In this document: piece by piece, positions 1 to 11,334 of the stretch | Numbering within the stretch: the stretch's first letter is position 1 | How the letters are laid out: each line of letters opens with the position of its first letter | DNA from: Elusimicrobiota bacterium | GTDB taxonomy: Bacteria > Elusimicrobiota > Elusimicrobia > UBA1565 > JACRDR01 | DNA length: 64,000 nucleotides | Direction: 5' to 3' | Assembly: GCA_041694815.1 (NCBI GenBank) | Contig: JBGFSC010000034.1 | Coordinates: 1 to 64,000, forward strand | Translations under genes and position numbers: made by a program | Notes under the pieces: model-generated | The model's input: only the letters and a program-made list of their open reading frames with translations | Database searches by the model: none | Told to the model about the DNA's origin: nothing

Positions 1-29
1 TGGCCGAACAACGTGTTATAATGGGACAT
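1..29 (-). CDS. Putative IS4-family transposase, first ~10 codons only
   Basis: GGAGG 6 nt before ATG; MSHYNTLFG..; runs off the window. Confidence 0.6.
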
Positions 30-117
30 AAGAATCCTCCGTCGGTAAGATGGTTCCTGAACAAAACCATTCTACCAATCAGACGGGGGATTCTCTATTT
101 TTCTTGGGACACTACTG
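1..117 (-). mobile_element. Left end of an IS4-family (DUF4372-type) insertion sequence; element continues beyond the window start
   Basis: Minus strand reads CAGTAGTGTCCCAAGAA (terminal-IR-like, 117-101), then TGG-TAGAAT (extended -10, 77-69), SD GGAGG and ATG at 29 giving MSHYNTLFG(Q/H), which resembles DUF4372 IS4 transposase N-termini. Confidence 0.7.
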
Positions 118-162
118 CTTTTAGTGCCTGACGAAAACCCCTGCGGCGATCATAGTACTAGC

Positions 163-933
163 ATGAGCCTGTGGGCGCTGATGGCACTGCTGCCCGCCGC
201 GGCCCAGCCACCGGGAGACGCCGTGATCCCCTGGAAGGTCGAGGCAAGCCGCCCCGCCTTGATCCAAGACGACGCCGCTGCGGGAGTCCGGCATCGAATC
301 GCGCTTTCGGGACTGCTCAATCGGCATTGGAGGGAGGGCGCGGCGCTGGCCACCGCCTCCGGCCTGATGCGCTTGAGCGCCCAATTCGATCGCGAAGGCC
401 GCCCGCACCTAATCGTCCTCGCGGAGGGCGCGCGAGAGCCATGGATCGTCGCCATCGGCCTGGGCATGCGCGGGCAATGGCGGCAGGGCGCCCACGCATA
501 TGAGTTGAGGCTGTCGTACAGCCCGTTTCGTGACAAGCTCGACAACGAGCTAATCATCATCGAGGACGGTGCCAGGCAATACCGGCTGAAGGTGGGTGAA
601 ATTCTCGCCGCCACCTATCGCGCCGGCGCGGAGGCAGGGCCTTACCGTCTCTTTTATTACAACGAGATACGGGCCTTGCGGGAAGGTCCCGCGATCGACC
701 CGGGGCTGTTCGGATTCCTGCTCGTCGAGAATCCGGAACAAGGCAGGGTACACCGGCTGCGGCGGGAGGATTTGGCGGGCGGATCCATGCTCCGCTATCG
801 CATCGGCGGACGCGATCTGTATATCCGTTGGGACGCGGCGCTCGATTCGCTGGAAATGGAGGTGTCAGACTTTAACTTTTTGAACTTTTGGAACTTATTT
901 ACTCGATTAGGTTCCAAAAGTTCAAAAAGTTAA
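163..933 (+). CDS. Hypothetical exported protein; last ~24 codons and stop lie in a palindromic insertion
   Basis: ORF 124..933; signal-peptide-like MSLWALMALLPAAAQ from ATG 163. Confidence 0.65.
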   Translation: MSLWALMALLPAAAQPPGDAVIPWKVEASRPALIQDDAAAGVRHRIALSGLLNRHWREGAALATASGLMRLSAQFDREGRPHLIVLAEGAREPWIVAIGLGMRGQWRQGAHAYELRLSYSPFRDKLDNELIIIEDGARQYRLKVGEILAATYRAGAEAGPYRLFYYNEIRALREGPAIDPGLFGFLLVENPEQGRVHRLRREDLAGGSMLRYRIGGRDLYIRWDAALDSLEMEVSDFNFLNFWNLFTRLGSKSSKS

Positions 934-946
934 AGTCTGACACCTC
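859..946. repeat. Perfect 36-bp inverted repeat with 16-nt spacer (REP/MITE-like)
   Basis: 859-894 GAGGTGTCAGACTTTAACTTTTTGAACTTTTGGAAC is the exact reverse complement of 911-946. Confidence 0.95.
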
Positions 947-984
947 GGTCCTCGGTCGTCGTTCGAAATAGCTATAATTTCGCA

Positions 985-2187
985 GTGGCGGGCATCTTCG
1001 ATTTCCTGATCATCGGCGGCGGAGTCACCGGGACGGCCTTGGCCCGGGCCCTGCTGGAAAAACGCCCCAGCGCCCGGGTTGCCCTTCTCGAGAAGGAGGA
1101 TCGCTTCGCCGCCCATGCCAGCGGGCGCAACAGCGGCGTCCTGCACGCGGGCTACAACCAGAAGCCGGGAACCCTGAAGGCACGCTTCTGCGTCGAAGGC
1201 AATCGCAGGCTCAAGGAATATTGCCGCGCGCGCGCAGTGGGGCTGCTCGAGAACGGGATACTCGTCGTCGCGCAAAAAGCCTCGGAGATCCCGGTGCTAG
1301 AGGAGTTGTTGCGTCGGGGGCGGGAGAACGGCGTCGCCGGGTTGCGGCTATTGGAGGCCTCCGAACTCGCCGCGCTTGAGCCCAACGCCGTGGCGGAGCG
1401 CGCCCTGTACGCGCCCTCCGGCGCCGCGGTGGACGCCGCCGGATTGGTGCGTCGCCTGGCCGAGGACGCGGCCAAGCAGGGGGCCACGCTGCTGCTACGC
1501 CAGGACGCGGGCGAGATCTACGCCGACGGAGAGGGTTTCGTGGTCCGCGCCTCCGATGGAGAGATCAGAGCCAAATGCCTGGTCAATTGCGCGGGCCCGC
1601 ACGCCGACCGCATCGCCCATCGTTTGGGGGCGGGACTCGAATATGCGGTGGTGCCGTTTCGAGGGGAATTCTATTATCTCGACGAGGCCAAAGCCGGCCT
1701 GCTGCGTTCGATGCTCTATGGGGCGCCCGATCTCGAATTCCCGTTCCTCGGCGTGCATTGGACTCGCATGTTTGACGGGAAGGTCAAGATCGGCCCCAAC
1801 GCCGTGCTCGCCCCGGGCCGGGAGGCGTACGGGCGTTTCGAGTTCCGGCTCAAGGACATGCTCGAGATGGGCTTAGACCCCCGCTTCTGGAAGATGCTGA
1901 CCCGCCCCCAGTTCCGGCGCCTGGCCGCCGAGAATCTGCGCAGTTCGCTCTCGAAGGACGTTTTCGTCGCGAGGGCCTTGGCGCTGCTTAAAGGCGTCTC
2001 CCCCTCCGATTTCCGCGCTGGCTCCTCCGGGATACGCGCCCAGATCGTCGACTCTTCTGGCCGCATGGTCGACGATTTGCTCGTCGAGCGGAAGGGAAAC
2101 GCCCTGCACGTGCTCAACGTCGTTTCACCGGGGCTTACCTGTGCCTTGCCCTTCGCCGATTATCTCGTCGGGCTGCTCGAGGGGTAG
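985..2187 (+). CDS. lhgO: L-2-hydroxyglutarate oxidase (FAD-dependent)
   Basis: GGGVTG FAD motif, HASGRNSGVLHAG, PFRGEFY, PFLGVH, GIRAQ, SPGLT. Confidence 0.85.
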   Translation: MAGIFDFLIIGGGVTGTALARALLEKRPSARVALLEKEDRFAAHASGRNSGVLHAGYNQKPGTLKARFCVEGNRRLKEYCRARAVGLLENGILVVAQKASEIPVLEELLRRGRENGVAGLRLLEASELAALEPNAVAERALYAPSGAAVDAAGLVRRLAEDAAKQGATLLLRQDAGEIYADGEGFVVRASDGEIRAKCLVNCAGPHADRIAHRLGAGLEYAVVPFRGEFYYLDEAKAGLLRSMLYGAPDLEFPFLGVHWTRMFDGKVKIGPNAVLAPGREAYGRFEFRLKDMLEMGLDPRFWKMLTRPQFRRLAAENLRSSLSKDVFVARALALLKGVSPSDFRAGSSGIRAQIVDSSGRMVDDLLVERKGNALHVLNVVSPGLTCALPFADYLVGLLEG

Positions 2188-3086
2188 GCCGCCCAGCGGC
2201 CGTCCCGCCATACGTAGGTGCGCTGGCCCCAGCGCGTCCACCATCGCTGCTTCGATTTGAGGATCCAGACCCAACGGCGTGACGGCAACAGGAAGCCCCT
2301 CCAATCACCGTCGTGAAGATGCGTGGGGCCGTGCCAATGCCGGCCTTGATGCGGCCTGCGTTTGCTCCGGGATTCCTCCGGTGGCCTCACCGAGGCTAAT
2401 TCCGCAGGGGTGGGAGGCGAGGGATCGACGGGCCCTCCGTCCGGCGGCAGAGGGACGGGACCCGCCCTCAAGAAATCGGGAGCTTTATGCCCCGCGGCCT
2501 CGGCGTGGCGCCGAAGAAGATCGCGCAGATGTCGCATGGAGGGCGCGACGGATTGAAAGCCTTGGCGCCCGTCCCAGGCGATCTCGTGATACTCGGACGG
2601 ATCCAAGAAGTCCTTTTCCGAGGCTTCATCGCCTGGCGATTTCAGCTTCGCGGGAATTTCGTCAAGCCGAGCTTGCGTCGCGTCCCGCCGTTTCCTTTCT
2701 AAAGGAGCTGGCGCTTGACTCAGGAGAGGGGAAGGCCCTGTAGTTCGTATTCGATTTGGTAGATATCCAAACGTTTGAGCGTCTGTTCGTCCCCATAAGT
2801 CAGATGCGTAATGTTGTTGTCCTCGCGCTTGAATATCGAGCTCGCCGCGCGCCTCAAGCGCGTGAAAGTTGCTGTTTATAAAGGCCCGTTTACGCGCCTC
2901 GGGCGCGTGACTCGACACACTTCGCGTGTCGAGTTCGAAAACCGCAACTTCCGATCCAGCGACGCGAAGCCTCGGCAGAGCCCTCTGGCGGGGATAAAAG
3001 ACAAAAAGGAAAACCAGCAGAAAGATTAAGGCGAGAAACCCGCGTTGTCGCCGACGTCGCATGGCCGAACCCGCCGCCCTGGACAT
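2160..3086 (-). CDS. Hypothetical membrane-anchored protein with Trp/His-rich C-terminus (start may be 3062)
   Basis: 308-aa ORF; basic stretch followed by TM helix FLALIFLLVFLFVFY. Confidence 0.55.
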   Translation of the reverse strand: MSRAAGSAMRRRRQRGFLALIFLLVFLFVFYPRQRALPRLRVAGSEVAVFELDTRSVSSHAPEARKRAFINSNFHALEARGELDIQARGQQHYASDLWGRTDAQTFGYLPNRIRTTGPSPLLSQAPAPLERKRRDATQARLDEIPAKLKSPGDEASEKDFLDPSEYHEIAWDGRQGFQSVAPSMRHLRDLLRRHAEAAGHKAPDFLRAGPVPLPPDGGPVDPSPPTPAELASVRPPEESRSKRRPHQGRHWHGPTHLHDGDWRGFLLPSRRWVWILKSKQRWWTRWGQRTYVWRDGRWAAYPSSSPTR

Positions 3087-3119
3087 CGGCAGGGGTGGGG
3101 CCGACGGGACGGCGCGCTG

Positions 3120-3779
3120 TCATTTTGCCACGCCGGAGGCGGCCGGCGCAGGGCCAATGGGCCCGGCCTTTTCCCGGTCCTTGGGCCCAGTTTCTTTATC
3201 GTCCTTGAGCGCGTCTCGCAGCGAGGGCCTCGCGAGCGAGGCCCTCGGGGGAAGCTCCGATTCGACGTAGGCCCCTGGCTTGATGTTTTTGATCGATCCC
3301 GGGACCGATACCAGTATGTCGCCTACGACCGACTCCAGCCGCCCCTTGCCGGATGGGAACCTCTGGATCGCGATAGCCGCGCCGCTGTGCAGGATGGCCC
3401 GGATCGCGCCAAGCTCCACGTCGAGAGTCGTCTCCTTGCCCGTGCCGGCGATAATGACTGCTTCGGGGCCGCCATCGCGGGGGAATGCGGTATTGAACAG
3501 GAAGCTGTCTCCACTCTCAGCGAAGACAAAAAGGTCCCCGGATTGGAACAGGGCTTCCCCGGCGACGATCGACACCTCCGAGCCCGCCGGGATATGGGGC
3601 AGCATCCCCTGAAGCTTCTGCTCCCGCCGCGTGTCGTCGGTCTGTATTTGGATCTGGCCCGTGAAGCGGATAATATCCAGGCGGACGCCGGAGCGCTGCG
3701 TTCCCGGTGAATGGGCGCTCAGGGGAAGGCCGCCGCCCAGCCAGCCCAACCAGAGGAGGAAAACCCATGCCCGGAACAT
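3120..3779 (-). CDS. Hypothetical exported beta-rich protein (loosely FecR-like)
   Basis: Signal peptide; TATACT 6 nt upstream of ATG. Confidence 0.6.
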   Translation of the reverse strand: MFRAWVFLLWLGWLGGGLPLSAHSPGTQRSGVRLDIIRFTGQIQIQTDDTRREQKLQGMLPHIPAGSEVSIVAGEALFQSGDLFVFAESGDSFLFNTAFPRDGGPEAVIIAGTGKETTLDVELGAIRAILHSGAAIAIQRFPSGKGRLESVVGDILVSVPGSIKNIKPGAYVESELPPRASLARPSLRDALKDDKETGPKDREKAGPIGPAPAASGVAK

Positions 3780-3874
3780 GGGGGCAGTATAGGCGAGAGG
3801 GCTCCGATTCCCCGTATCGTCCGGGTAAAAACCCCGTCTTGGCTCCGTGATGGGGCATATAGTATGCTGCTGGC

Positions 3875-4426
3875 GTGGAGTTCTCGTTCGTTCCGACCGC
3901 GATCCGAGAGGTCATCGAGGTCACGCACGGCTGCGCGGGAGACGCGCGGGGCTTTTTCGCGGAGACCTATCGGCGAGACGCCTTCATCCAGGGCGGCATC
4001 GACGCCGAATTCGTTCAGGAAAACCATTCGCGCTCGGCCGCGGGCATACTGCGAGGACTGCATTACCAGCTCGACCCCTTCGCCCAAGGGAAGCTGGTGC
4101 GCTGCGTCCGAGGCCGCATCTTCGACGTGGCGGTGGACTTGAGGGCGGGCTCGCCCACCTACAAGCGCTGGGTCGCCGTGGAGCTCTCGGAAGAAAACCG
4201 CAAGATGCTCTACGTCCCTCCCGGCTTCGCCCACGGCTTCTGCTCGCTGACGGATTGCGACGTGATCTATCGGCAGACCCGCTATTATGCCCCTGAACAG
4301 GAGCGGGGGATACGTTGGGACGATCCGGAGCTCTCCGTTGTCTGGCCCATCGCCGCTCCCAAGCTTTCCGCCAGGGATGCCGCCCATCCCTTCCTGAAAA
4401 ACGCCGAAAATAACTTTAAATATTAG
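3875..4426 (+). CDS. rfbC: dTDP-4-dehydrorhamnose 3,5-epimerase
   Basis: [35 protein letters not shown] motifs. Confidence 0.95.
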   Translation: MEFSFVPTAIREVIEVTHGCAGDARGFFAETYRRDAFIQGGIDAEFVQENHSRSAAGILRGLHYQLDPFAQGKLVRCVRGRIFDVAVDLRAGSPTYKRWVAVELSEENRKMLYVPPGFAHGFCSLTDCDVIYRQTRYYAPEQERGIRWDDPELSVVWPIAAPKLSARDAAHPFLKNAENNFKY

Positions 4427-4427
4427 G

Positions 4428-4530
4428 TATAATAGCACGTTCCCCGGTACCGCGGAGCCGTGGGAATGATCCGCACCGCCGCGGTTTGATCGTTAAACAT
4501 AACGACGCATCGAAAGGAGGAGGAAGGACC
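4428..4530 (+). promoter_or_regulatory. rpsB promoter (-10 TATAAT) and structured 5' leader
   Basis: TATAAT 4428-4433; ~90-nt leader with GC-rich stems; SD GGAGGAGG. Confidence 0.5.
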
Positions 4531-5345
4531 TTGATCAACATCTCAATGAAGGCCATGCTGGAAGCGGGAGTCCATTTCGGACATCAGACCCGCCGTTGGA
4601 ACCCCAAAATGGCGCGGTTCATTTTCGGGGAGCGCAACAACATCCACATCATAGACCTGCAGAAAACCGTCAAGGAGCTCAAGAAGGCCTACACCTACAT
4701 GAAGGAGAGGGCCGCCGAGGGCGCGACGATTCTGATGGTGGGGACCAAGAAGCAGGCGCAGGACATCGTCAAAATGGAAGCGCAGCGTTGCGGCGCCGCG
4801 TACGTCACCGAGAAATGGCTGGGCGGCACCCTGACCAATTTCGAGACCATCAAGAAGTCGATTAAGCGCTTAGACGAGCTAGAAAAATGGGAGACCGACG
4901 GCATCTTCAACGTGCTCTCCAAGAAGGAGGTCTCCCGCCTGAGCAAGGAGATGCTGCGGCTGCGCAAGCTGCTGACCGGCATCCGCAAGCTCACCCGCGT
5001 GCCGGACGTGCTGTTCCTAGTCGACCCCGTCGAGCAGGAGCTGGCCGTCATCGAGGCGCGCAAGCTCAAGATCCCCATCGTCGCCGTCTGCGACACCAAC
5101 TGCGACCCGGACTTGATCGACCACCCGATCCCCGGCAACGATGACGCCGCCCGCTCGATCAAGCTTTTCTGCGGGCTTATCGCCGACTCGATCCTTGAGG
5201 GGAAGGCCGAGTCCGCCAAGGCCGCGGCGGCACAAGCCCAGGCGGCCCTTCCCGCCGAGGCGCTCGAGGACGCGGCGGCCACGGCCGCGGCCGAGGACGT
5301 CTCAGCGACCGAGGACGACGTGGCCGTGGCGGAGACGGAAAACTC

Positions 5346-5349
<4 letters not shown>
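4531..5349 (+). CDS. rpsB: 30S ribosomal protein S2 with acidic Ala-rich tail
   Basis: [38 protein letters not shown] start after SD. Confidence 0.98.
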
Positions 5350-6934
<1,585 letters not shown>

Positions 6935-6943
6935 AGAGCAAGC

Positions 6944-7498
6944 ATGGAAGACATACTGTCGTCGGCCGACGCGATCATGAAGAAACGCCTTGAGAAGTTC
7001 AAGACCGACTTGGCGGGCATTCGCACCGGCCGCGCCAATCCCCAAATCCTCGACGGGGTCCGGGTGGAATATTTCGGGCAGCCCGTGCCCATCAAGCAGG
7101 TGGCCGCCATCTCGGTGCCCGAGGCGAGGGTGCTCGAGATCCGCCCGTGGGACGCCTCTAGCCTGGAAGCGATCGTCAAGGCGCTGCAGAAGTCGGATTT
7201 GGGCATCCCCCCCCAGAGCGACGGGACGGCGGTTCGCCTCCTCCTCCCCGCCATGACCGAGGACCGTCGCAAGGAGATCATCAAGCTGCTCGGCAAAACC
7301 GCCGAGGAGTGCCGCGTGGCGGTGCGTAACGAGCGTCGCGACGCCCTGGAAAAGCTAAAAAAGGCGGAAAAGGCCAAACAGATCGCCGAGGACGCGCGCA
7401 AGAAGCAGGAAGACTCCATTCAGAAATTGACCGACGGCTACATCCGCAAGATCGACGAAGCCCTGCTCCTTAAGGAAAAAGAGGTAACAACCATATAA
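6944..7498 (+). CDS. frr: Ribosome recycling factor
   Basis: IRTGRANP, RVAVRNERRD. Confidence 0.97.
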   Translation: MEDILSSADAIMKKRLEKFKTDLAGIRTGRANPQILDGVRVEYFGQPVPIKQVAAISVPEARVLEIRPWDASSLEAIVKALQKSDLGIPPQSDGTAVRLLLPAMTEDRRKEIIKLLGKTAEECRVAVRNERRDALEKLKKAEKAKQIAEDARKKQEDSIQKLTDGYIRKIDEALLLKEKEVTTI

Positions 7499-7560
7499 AG
7501 ACGCCCTTTTCGCAAAAGGACCACGCCGCGGCCGCTCGGGAGGCCTCCCAGGCCGCCAGC

Positions 7561-8250
7561 TTGGATCCCGAGCGCATCCCGCGCCATGTCGCCATCATCA
7601 TGGACGGCAACGGTCGTTGGGCCAAGTCGCGGGGTCTTCCCCGCGTGGCCGGACACCGCCTGGGCGCCAACTCGGTTAAGGCGGTGGTGCGCGCGGCCGC
7701 CGAGCTCGGCGTCGAGGTGCTGACCTTGTACGCGTTTTCCACGGAGAATTGGCTGCGCCCAAAGACGGAGGTCGCGGACCTCATGCGACTCTTGTCGTGG
7801 ACCCTGCGCAAGGAGACCGCAGACTTGGATAAGAACAACGTCCGGTTGAGGGCTTCCGGCCGTCTCGACGCCCTCCCGAAATCCGTGCTCGGGGAGCTGC
7901 AAAAGGCGCAGGAGAGGCTCAAGGACAACACCGGCCTGATCCTAAACCTCGCCCTCAATTATGGCGCGCGCCAGGAGATCGTCGACGCCGTCAACGCGGC
8001 TTGGCAGTCCGGGGCGCGGCGCCTCGACGAGGATACCCTCGCCAAGCACCTCTACACCTCGGGCCTTCCCGATCCCGATCTCGTCATCCGCAGCTCGGGG
8101 GAGATGCGGCTTTCGAACTTCCTGCTCTGGCAATCCGCCTACGCCGAGCTCTACGTGACGCCGGTACTCTGGCCCGATTTCCGCGGCCCCGAACTGCGGG
8201 CGGCCATCGCGGAGTACCAGAAGCGTGACCGCCGTTTCGGCGGGCTATAG
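7561..8250 (+). CDS. uppS: Undecaprenyl diphosphate synthase (start may be ATA at 7495)
   Basis: HVAIIMDGNGRWA, YAFSTENW, RLSNFLLWQ. Confidence 0.96.
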   Translation: MDPERIPRHVAIIMDGNGRWAKSRGLPRVAGHRLGANSVKAVVRAAAELGVEVLTLYAFSTENWLRPKTEVADLMRLLSWTLRKETADLDKNNVRLRASGRLDALPKSVLGELQKAQERLKDNTGLILNLALNYGARQEIVDAVNAAWQSGARRLDEDTLAKHLYTSGLPDPDLVIRSSGEMRLSNFLLWQSAYAELYVTPVLWPDFRGPELRAAIAEYQKRDRRFGGL

Positions 8251-8253
8251 CCG

Positions 8254-9069
8254 ATGTTGCTGCCTCGGGTTCTGACGGCCTTGGTTGGCATCCCGTTGTT
8301 GTTGGGGCTCGTGCACCTGGGCTCCTTGCCCTTCGCGGCGTTCGTCGTCGCCGTGGCCGTGCTTTCCCTCTACGAATATTCCCTGCTTCTGTTCATCGGA
8401 GCGAAACCCGTACAGCGCGCCATAACCGTATTGGGCGGAGGCCTGCTGGCCGCGACGATCTCCTTGGGAAGCAGCGGACCCTACTGGCCCTCCGACGCGA
8501 CGGCCGGTGCCGTGATTACCGCCCTGCTGCTGTCGACTTTGCTGCGCGAGATGTTCCGTGCCCAACACTCCCTGGACCGGGCGGCCTTCACCTTCTTCGG
8601 CATCTTCTTCATCGGGTGGACTCTTCCCCATTTGGCCCTGATCCGAGACTTGCGGCCGGACGGCGAAAAGTTCACTTTCCTCTTGTTCGTCAGCGTCTGG
8701 ATCATGGACAGCGCCGCCTATTTCGTGGGCCTCCGCTGGGGGCGCAGGCCGCTGGCTCCTGTGATCAGCCCGAAAAAGACCTGGGAAGGCGCGGCCGCCG
8801 GCCTACTGGCGGCCGTCGCCTGCGTGCTGGCGGCGCGCTCTTGGTTCCTGCGAGAGGCTCTCAGCCTCCCGCTCGCGCTCGCGCTGGGGCTGTTGATCGG
8901 AACGGTCGGCCAGTTGTCGGATCTCGCGGAATCGGTGCTCAAGCGGGCCGTGGGCGCCAAGGATTCCTCGGCACTGCTCCCCGGGCACGGAGGAGTGCTC
9001 GACCGCTTCGATTCGTTCCTTTTGGCGGCGCCAATGATGTACTATATGTTGGCGCTCACGCGTCCATGA
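8254..9069 (+). CDS. cdsA: Phosphatidate cytidylyltransferase
   Basis: ISPKKTWEG, KDSSALLPGHGGVLDRFDS; multiple TM segments. Confidence 0.96.
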   Translation: MLLPRVLTALVGIPLLLGLVHLGSLPFAAFVVAVAVLSLYEYSLLLFIGAKPVQRAITVLGGGLLAATISLGSSGPYWPSDATAGAVITALLLSTLLREMFRAQHSLDRAAFTFFGIFFIGWTLPHLALIRDLRPDGEKFTFLLFVSVWIMDSAAYFVGLRWGRRPLAPVISPKKTWEGAAAGLLAAVACVLAARSWFLREALSLPLALALGLLIGTVGQLSDLAESVLKRAVGAKDSSALLPGHGGVLDRFDSFLLAAPMMYYMLALTRP

Positions 9070-10247
9070 AAAACGTCGCCATCCTGGGGTCCACCGGCTC
9101 GATCGGGGTCAACGCCCTGCGGGTTATCGAGGAGATGCCCGACGAGTTCCGGGTCGTAGGCCTTTCGGCATATTCGAACGTCGAACTGCTTTCTCGGCAG
9201 GCCAAGCGCTTCAAGCCGGTGCAGGTCTCGGTGTTCGACCCGGATTCCTCCGAGGAGCTTAAGGCTCGGCTCAACGGCGCTGTGCGCTACCTTCCCAGCG
9301 GCGTCGAAGGGCTTTGCGAGATGGTCTCGGCCAAGGATGTCGATGTGGTGCTGCTGTCCTTAGTCGGCGCCGTCGGTTTCGCGCCGCTCTTGACGGCACT
9401 CAAGGCGGGAAAGACGGTGGCCTTGGCCAACAAGGAGCCGATGGTCATGGCCGGAGAGCAGTTCATGATCGAGGCGGAGCGCTGGGGCGGCCGGATATTG
9501 CCGGTCGATTCGGAGCCCTCGGCCCTTTTCCAGTGCCTGGCCGGGAGGCAGGCGCCCAAGGGCGGGCTGCGGGGCTACAGCGCGATGGTCCAGCGCGTTT
9601 TCCTTACCGCTTCGGGAGGCGCCTTCTACCGCCGCAAGGGGCGGCTCGACCAGGTGACGGTCGAGGAAGCCCTAAGACATCCGACCTGGAAAATGGGAAA
9701 GAAGATCACCATCGATTGCGCGACCTTGATGAACAAGGGCTTCGAGGCCATCGAGATCAAGAACCTCTTCGGCCTCTCCCTCAAGCAGATAGAGATCGTC
9801 ATCCATCCGCAGTCCATCATCCACTCGGCCGTCGAGTTCAAGGACGGCTCCGTCCTGGCGCAGATGTCTCCCCCCGACATGAAGCTGCCGATCCAATTCG
9901 CGATGACCTGGCCGGACCGAGTCCGGCGCGTCATCGAGCCGCTCGACCTCTTTGAGGTCAAGAGGCTCGACTTCGACAAGCCCGATTTCCGCCGTTTCCC
10001 CTGCCTGGCGCTGGCCTTGGAGGCCGCCAAGGCCGGGGGTACCTCCTGCGCGGCGCTCAACGCGGCCGACGAAGTGGCCGTCGAGTGCTTTTTGGGAGGC
10101 AAGATAGGCTTCACCGATATCGCCCGGGTCATCGAGCGGACCTTGAAGGCCCATCGCGGAGGCTCCAGGCTGCCGTCCTTCGCCGAGGTGCTCGAGGTGG
10201 ACCAATGGGCTCGGGTCAAGGCGCAGGAACTGGCCTGGTCCTTATGA
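9066..10247 (+). CDS. dxr: 1-deoxy-D-xylulose 5-phosphate reductoisomerase
   Basis: ILGSTGSIG, ALANKE, PVDSE, HPTWKMGKKIT; ATGA overlap with cdsA. Confidence 0.96.
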   Translation: MKNVAILGSTGSIGVNALRVIEEMPDEFRVVGLSAYSNVELLSRQAKRFKPVQVSVFDPDSSEELKARLNGAVRYLPSGVEGLCEMVSAKDVDVVLLSLVGAVGFAPLLTALKAGKTVALANKEPMVMAGEQFMIEAERWGGRILPVDSEPSALFQCLAGRQAPKGGLRGYSAMVQRVFLTASGGAFYRRKGRLDQVTVEEALRHPTWKMGKKITIDCATLMNKGFEAIEIKNLFGLSLKQIEIVIHPQSIIHSAVEFKDGSVLAQMSPPDMKLPIQFAMTWPDRVRRVIEPLDLFEVKRLDFDKPDFRRFPCLALALEAAKAGGTSCAALNAADEVAVECFLGGKIGFTDIARVIERTLKAHRGGSRLPSFAEVLEVDQWARVKAQELAWSL

Positions 10248-10260
10248 GGGACAAAGAATA

Positions 10261-11334
10261 ATGATCCTATCCATCGTGGCCGTCCTGCTGACTTTCGGCG
10301 TCGTGATCTTCCTGCACGAATTCGGCCATTTCCTCATGTGCAAGCGGCTCAAGGTGCGCGTGGAGCGCTTCGCCTTCGGCTTCGGCCCCGAGCTGCTTGG
10401 CATCACCTACGGTGAAACCCGTTTTTCTATTTGCGCTTTTCCCCTGGGCGGGTTCGTGAAGCCCGCGGGGGAAAGCCTCGAGGATTGCTCGGGGCAACCC
10501 GACGAGTACTTCTCGAAGACTTGGTACCAACGCCTAGGGATCGTGGCGGCGGGACCGGCGATGAATTACGTGCTGGCCTTCGCGTTGTTCTTCGGCGTGG
10601 TCTGGCTGCGAGGCATGCCCGAGCCATCGAAGGAGGCCGTCATTGGCGAGATGGCCCAGAACTATCCGGCCGAGCAGGCGGGATTTAAGACCGGCGACCG
10701 CATCGTGAAGGTAGGCCCCATCCCCGTCGAGACCTGGGCGCAGATGGCCGACGCCATCCATTCCAATCCGGGAAAACCGCTCCGGGTGACATTGGTGCGC
10801 GAGGGCACCCTGGTGCAGATATCCGTGACACCCAGGCTCGATCCAGCCAGCGGCCACGGGCAGATCGGTATCCTGCCTAAATTCGAATACCGTTCGATGG
10901 GGCTTCTGGGCTCATCAAGGGAGGCCCTGCGCCAATGCTGGCATTGGACGAAATTGACGGTGACCACCCTCGCGGAGAAGATAGTCAAACGCGAGCGCCC
11001 GGATCTGGCCGGCCCCGTCGGCATCGTCCAGATGGTCCATAAGGCGGCCCACTCCGGGATCGAGGACCTCGTCTTCCTCATCGGCCTAATCTCCGTGGCG
11101 GTGGGATTCTTCAACCTACTCCCGATCCCGTTGCTCGATGGCGGGCACGCCGCGCTCTACGTCTGGGAAGGCATCAGCCGCCGGCGCCTGACGCTCAAGA
11201 CCGTGGCCGTCGCCAATTCCGTCGGGATGATCTTTCTCATGAGCCTGCTGTTGTTCGCCACCTACAGCGATCTCGTGCGCATTCGGGAGCAGCGCCGCGT
11301 CAAGAGCGAATCGACGAAAAAAGCCGCGCCATGA
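10261..11334 (+). CDS. rseP: RIP metalloprotease RseP with PDZ domain
   Basis: HEFGH, NLLPIPLLDGGH. Confidence 0.95.
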   Translation: MILSIVAVLLTFGVVIFLHEFGHFLMCKRLKVRVERFAFGFGPELLGITYGETRFSICAFPLGGFVKPAGESLEDCSGQPDEYFSKTWYQRLGIVAAGPAMNYVLAFALFFGVVWLRGMPEPSKEAVIGEMAQNYPAEQAGFKTGDRIVKVGPIPVETWAQMADAIHSNPGKPLRVTLVREGTLVQISVTPRLDPASGHGQIGILPKFEYRSMGLLGSSREALRQCWHWTKLTVTTLAEKIVKRERPDLAGPVGIVQMVHKAAHSGIEDLVFLIGLISVAVGFFNLLPIPLLDGGHAALYVWEGISRRRLTLKTVAVANSVGMIFLMSLLLFATYSDLVRIREQRRVKSESTKKAAP

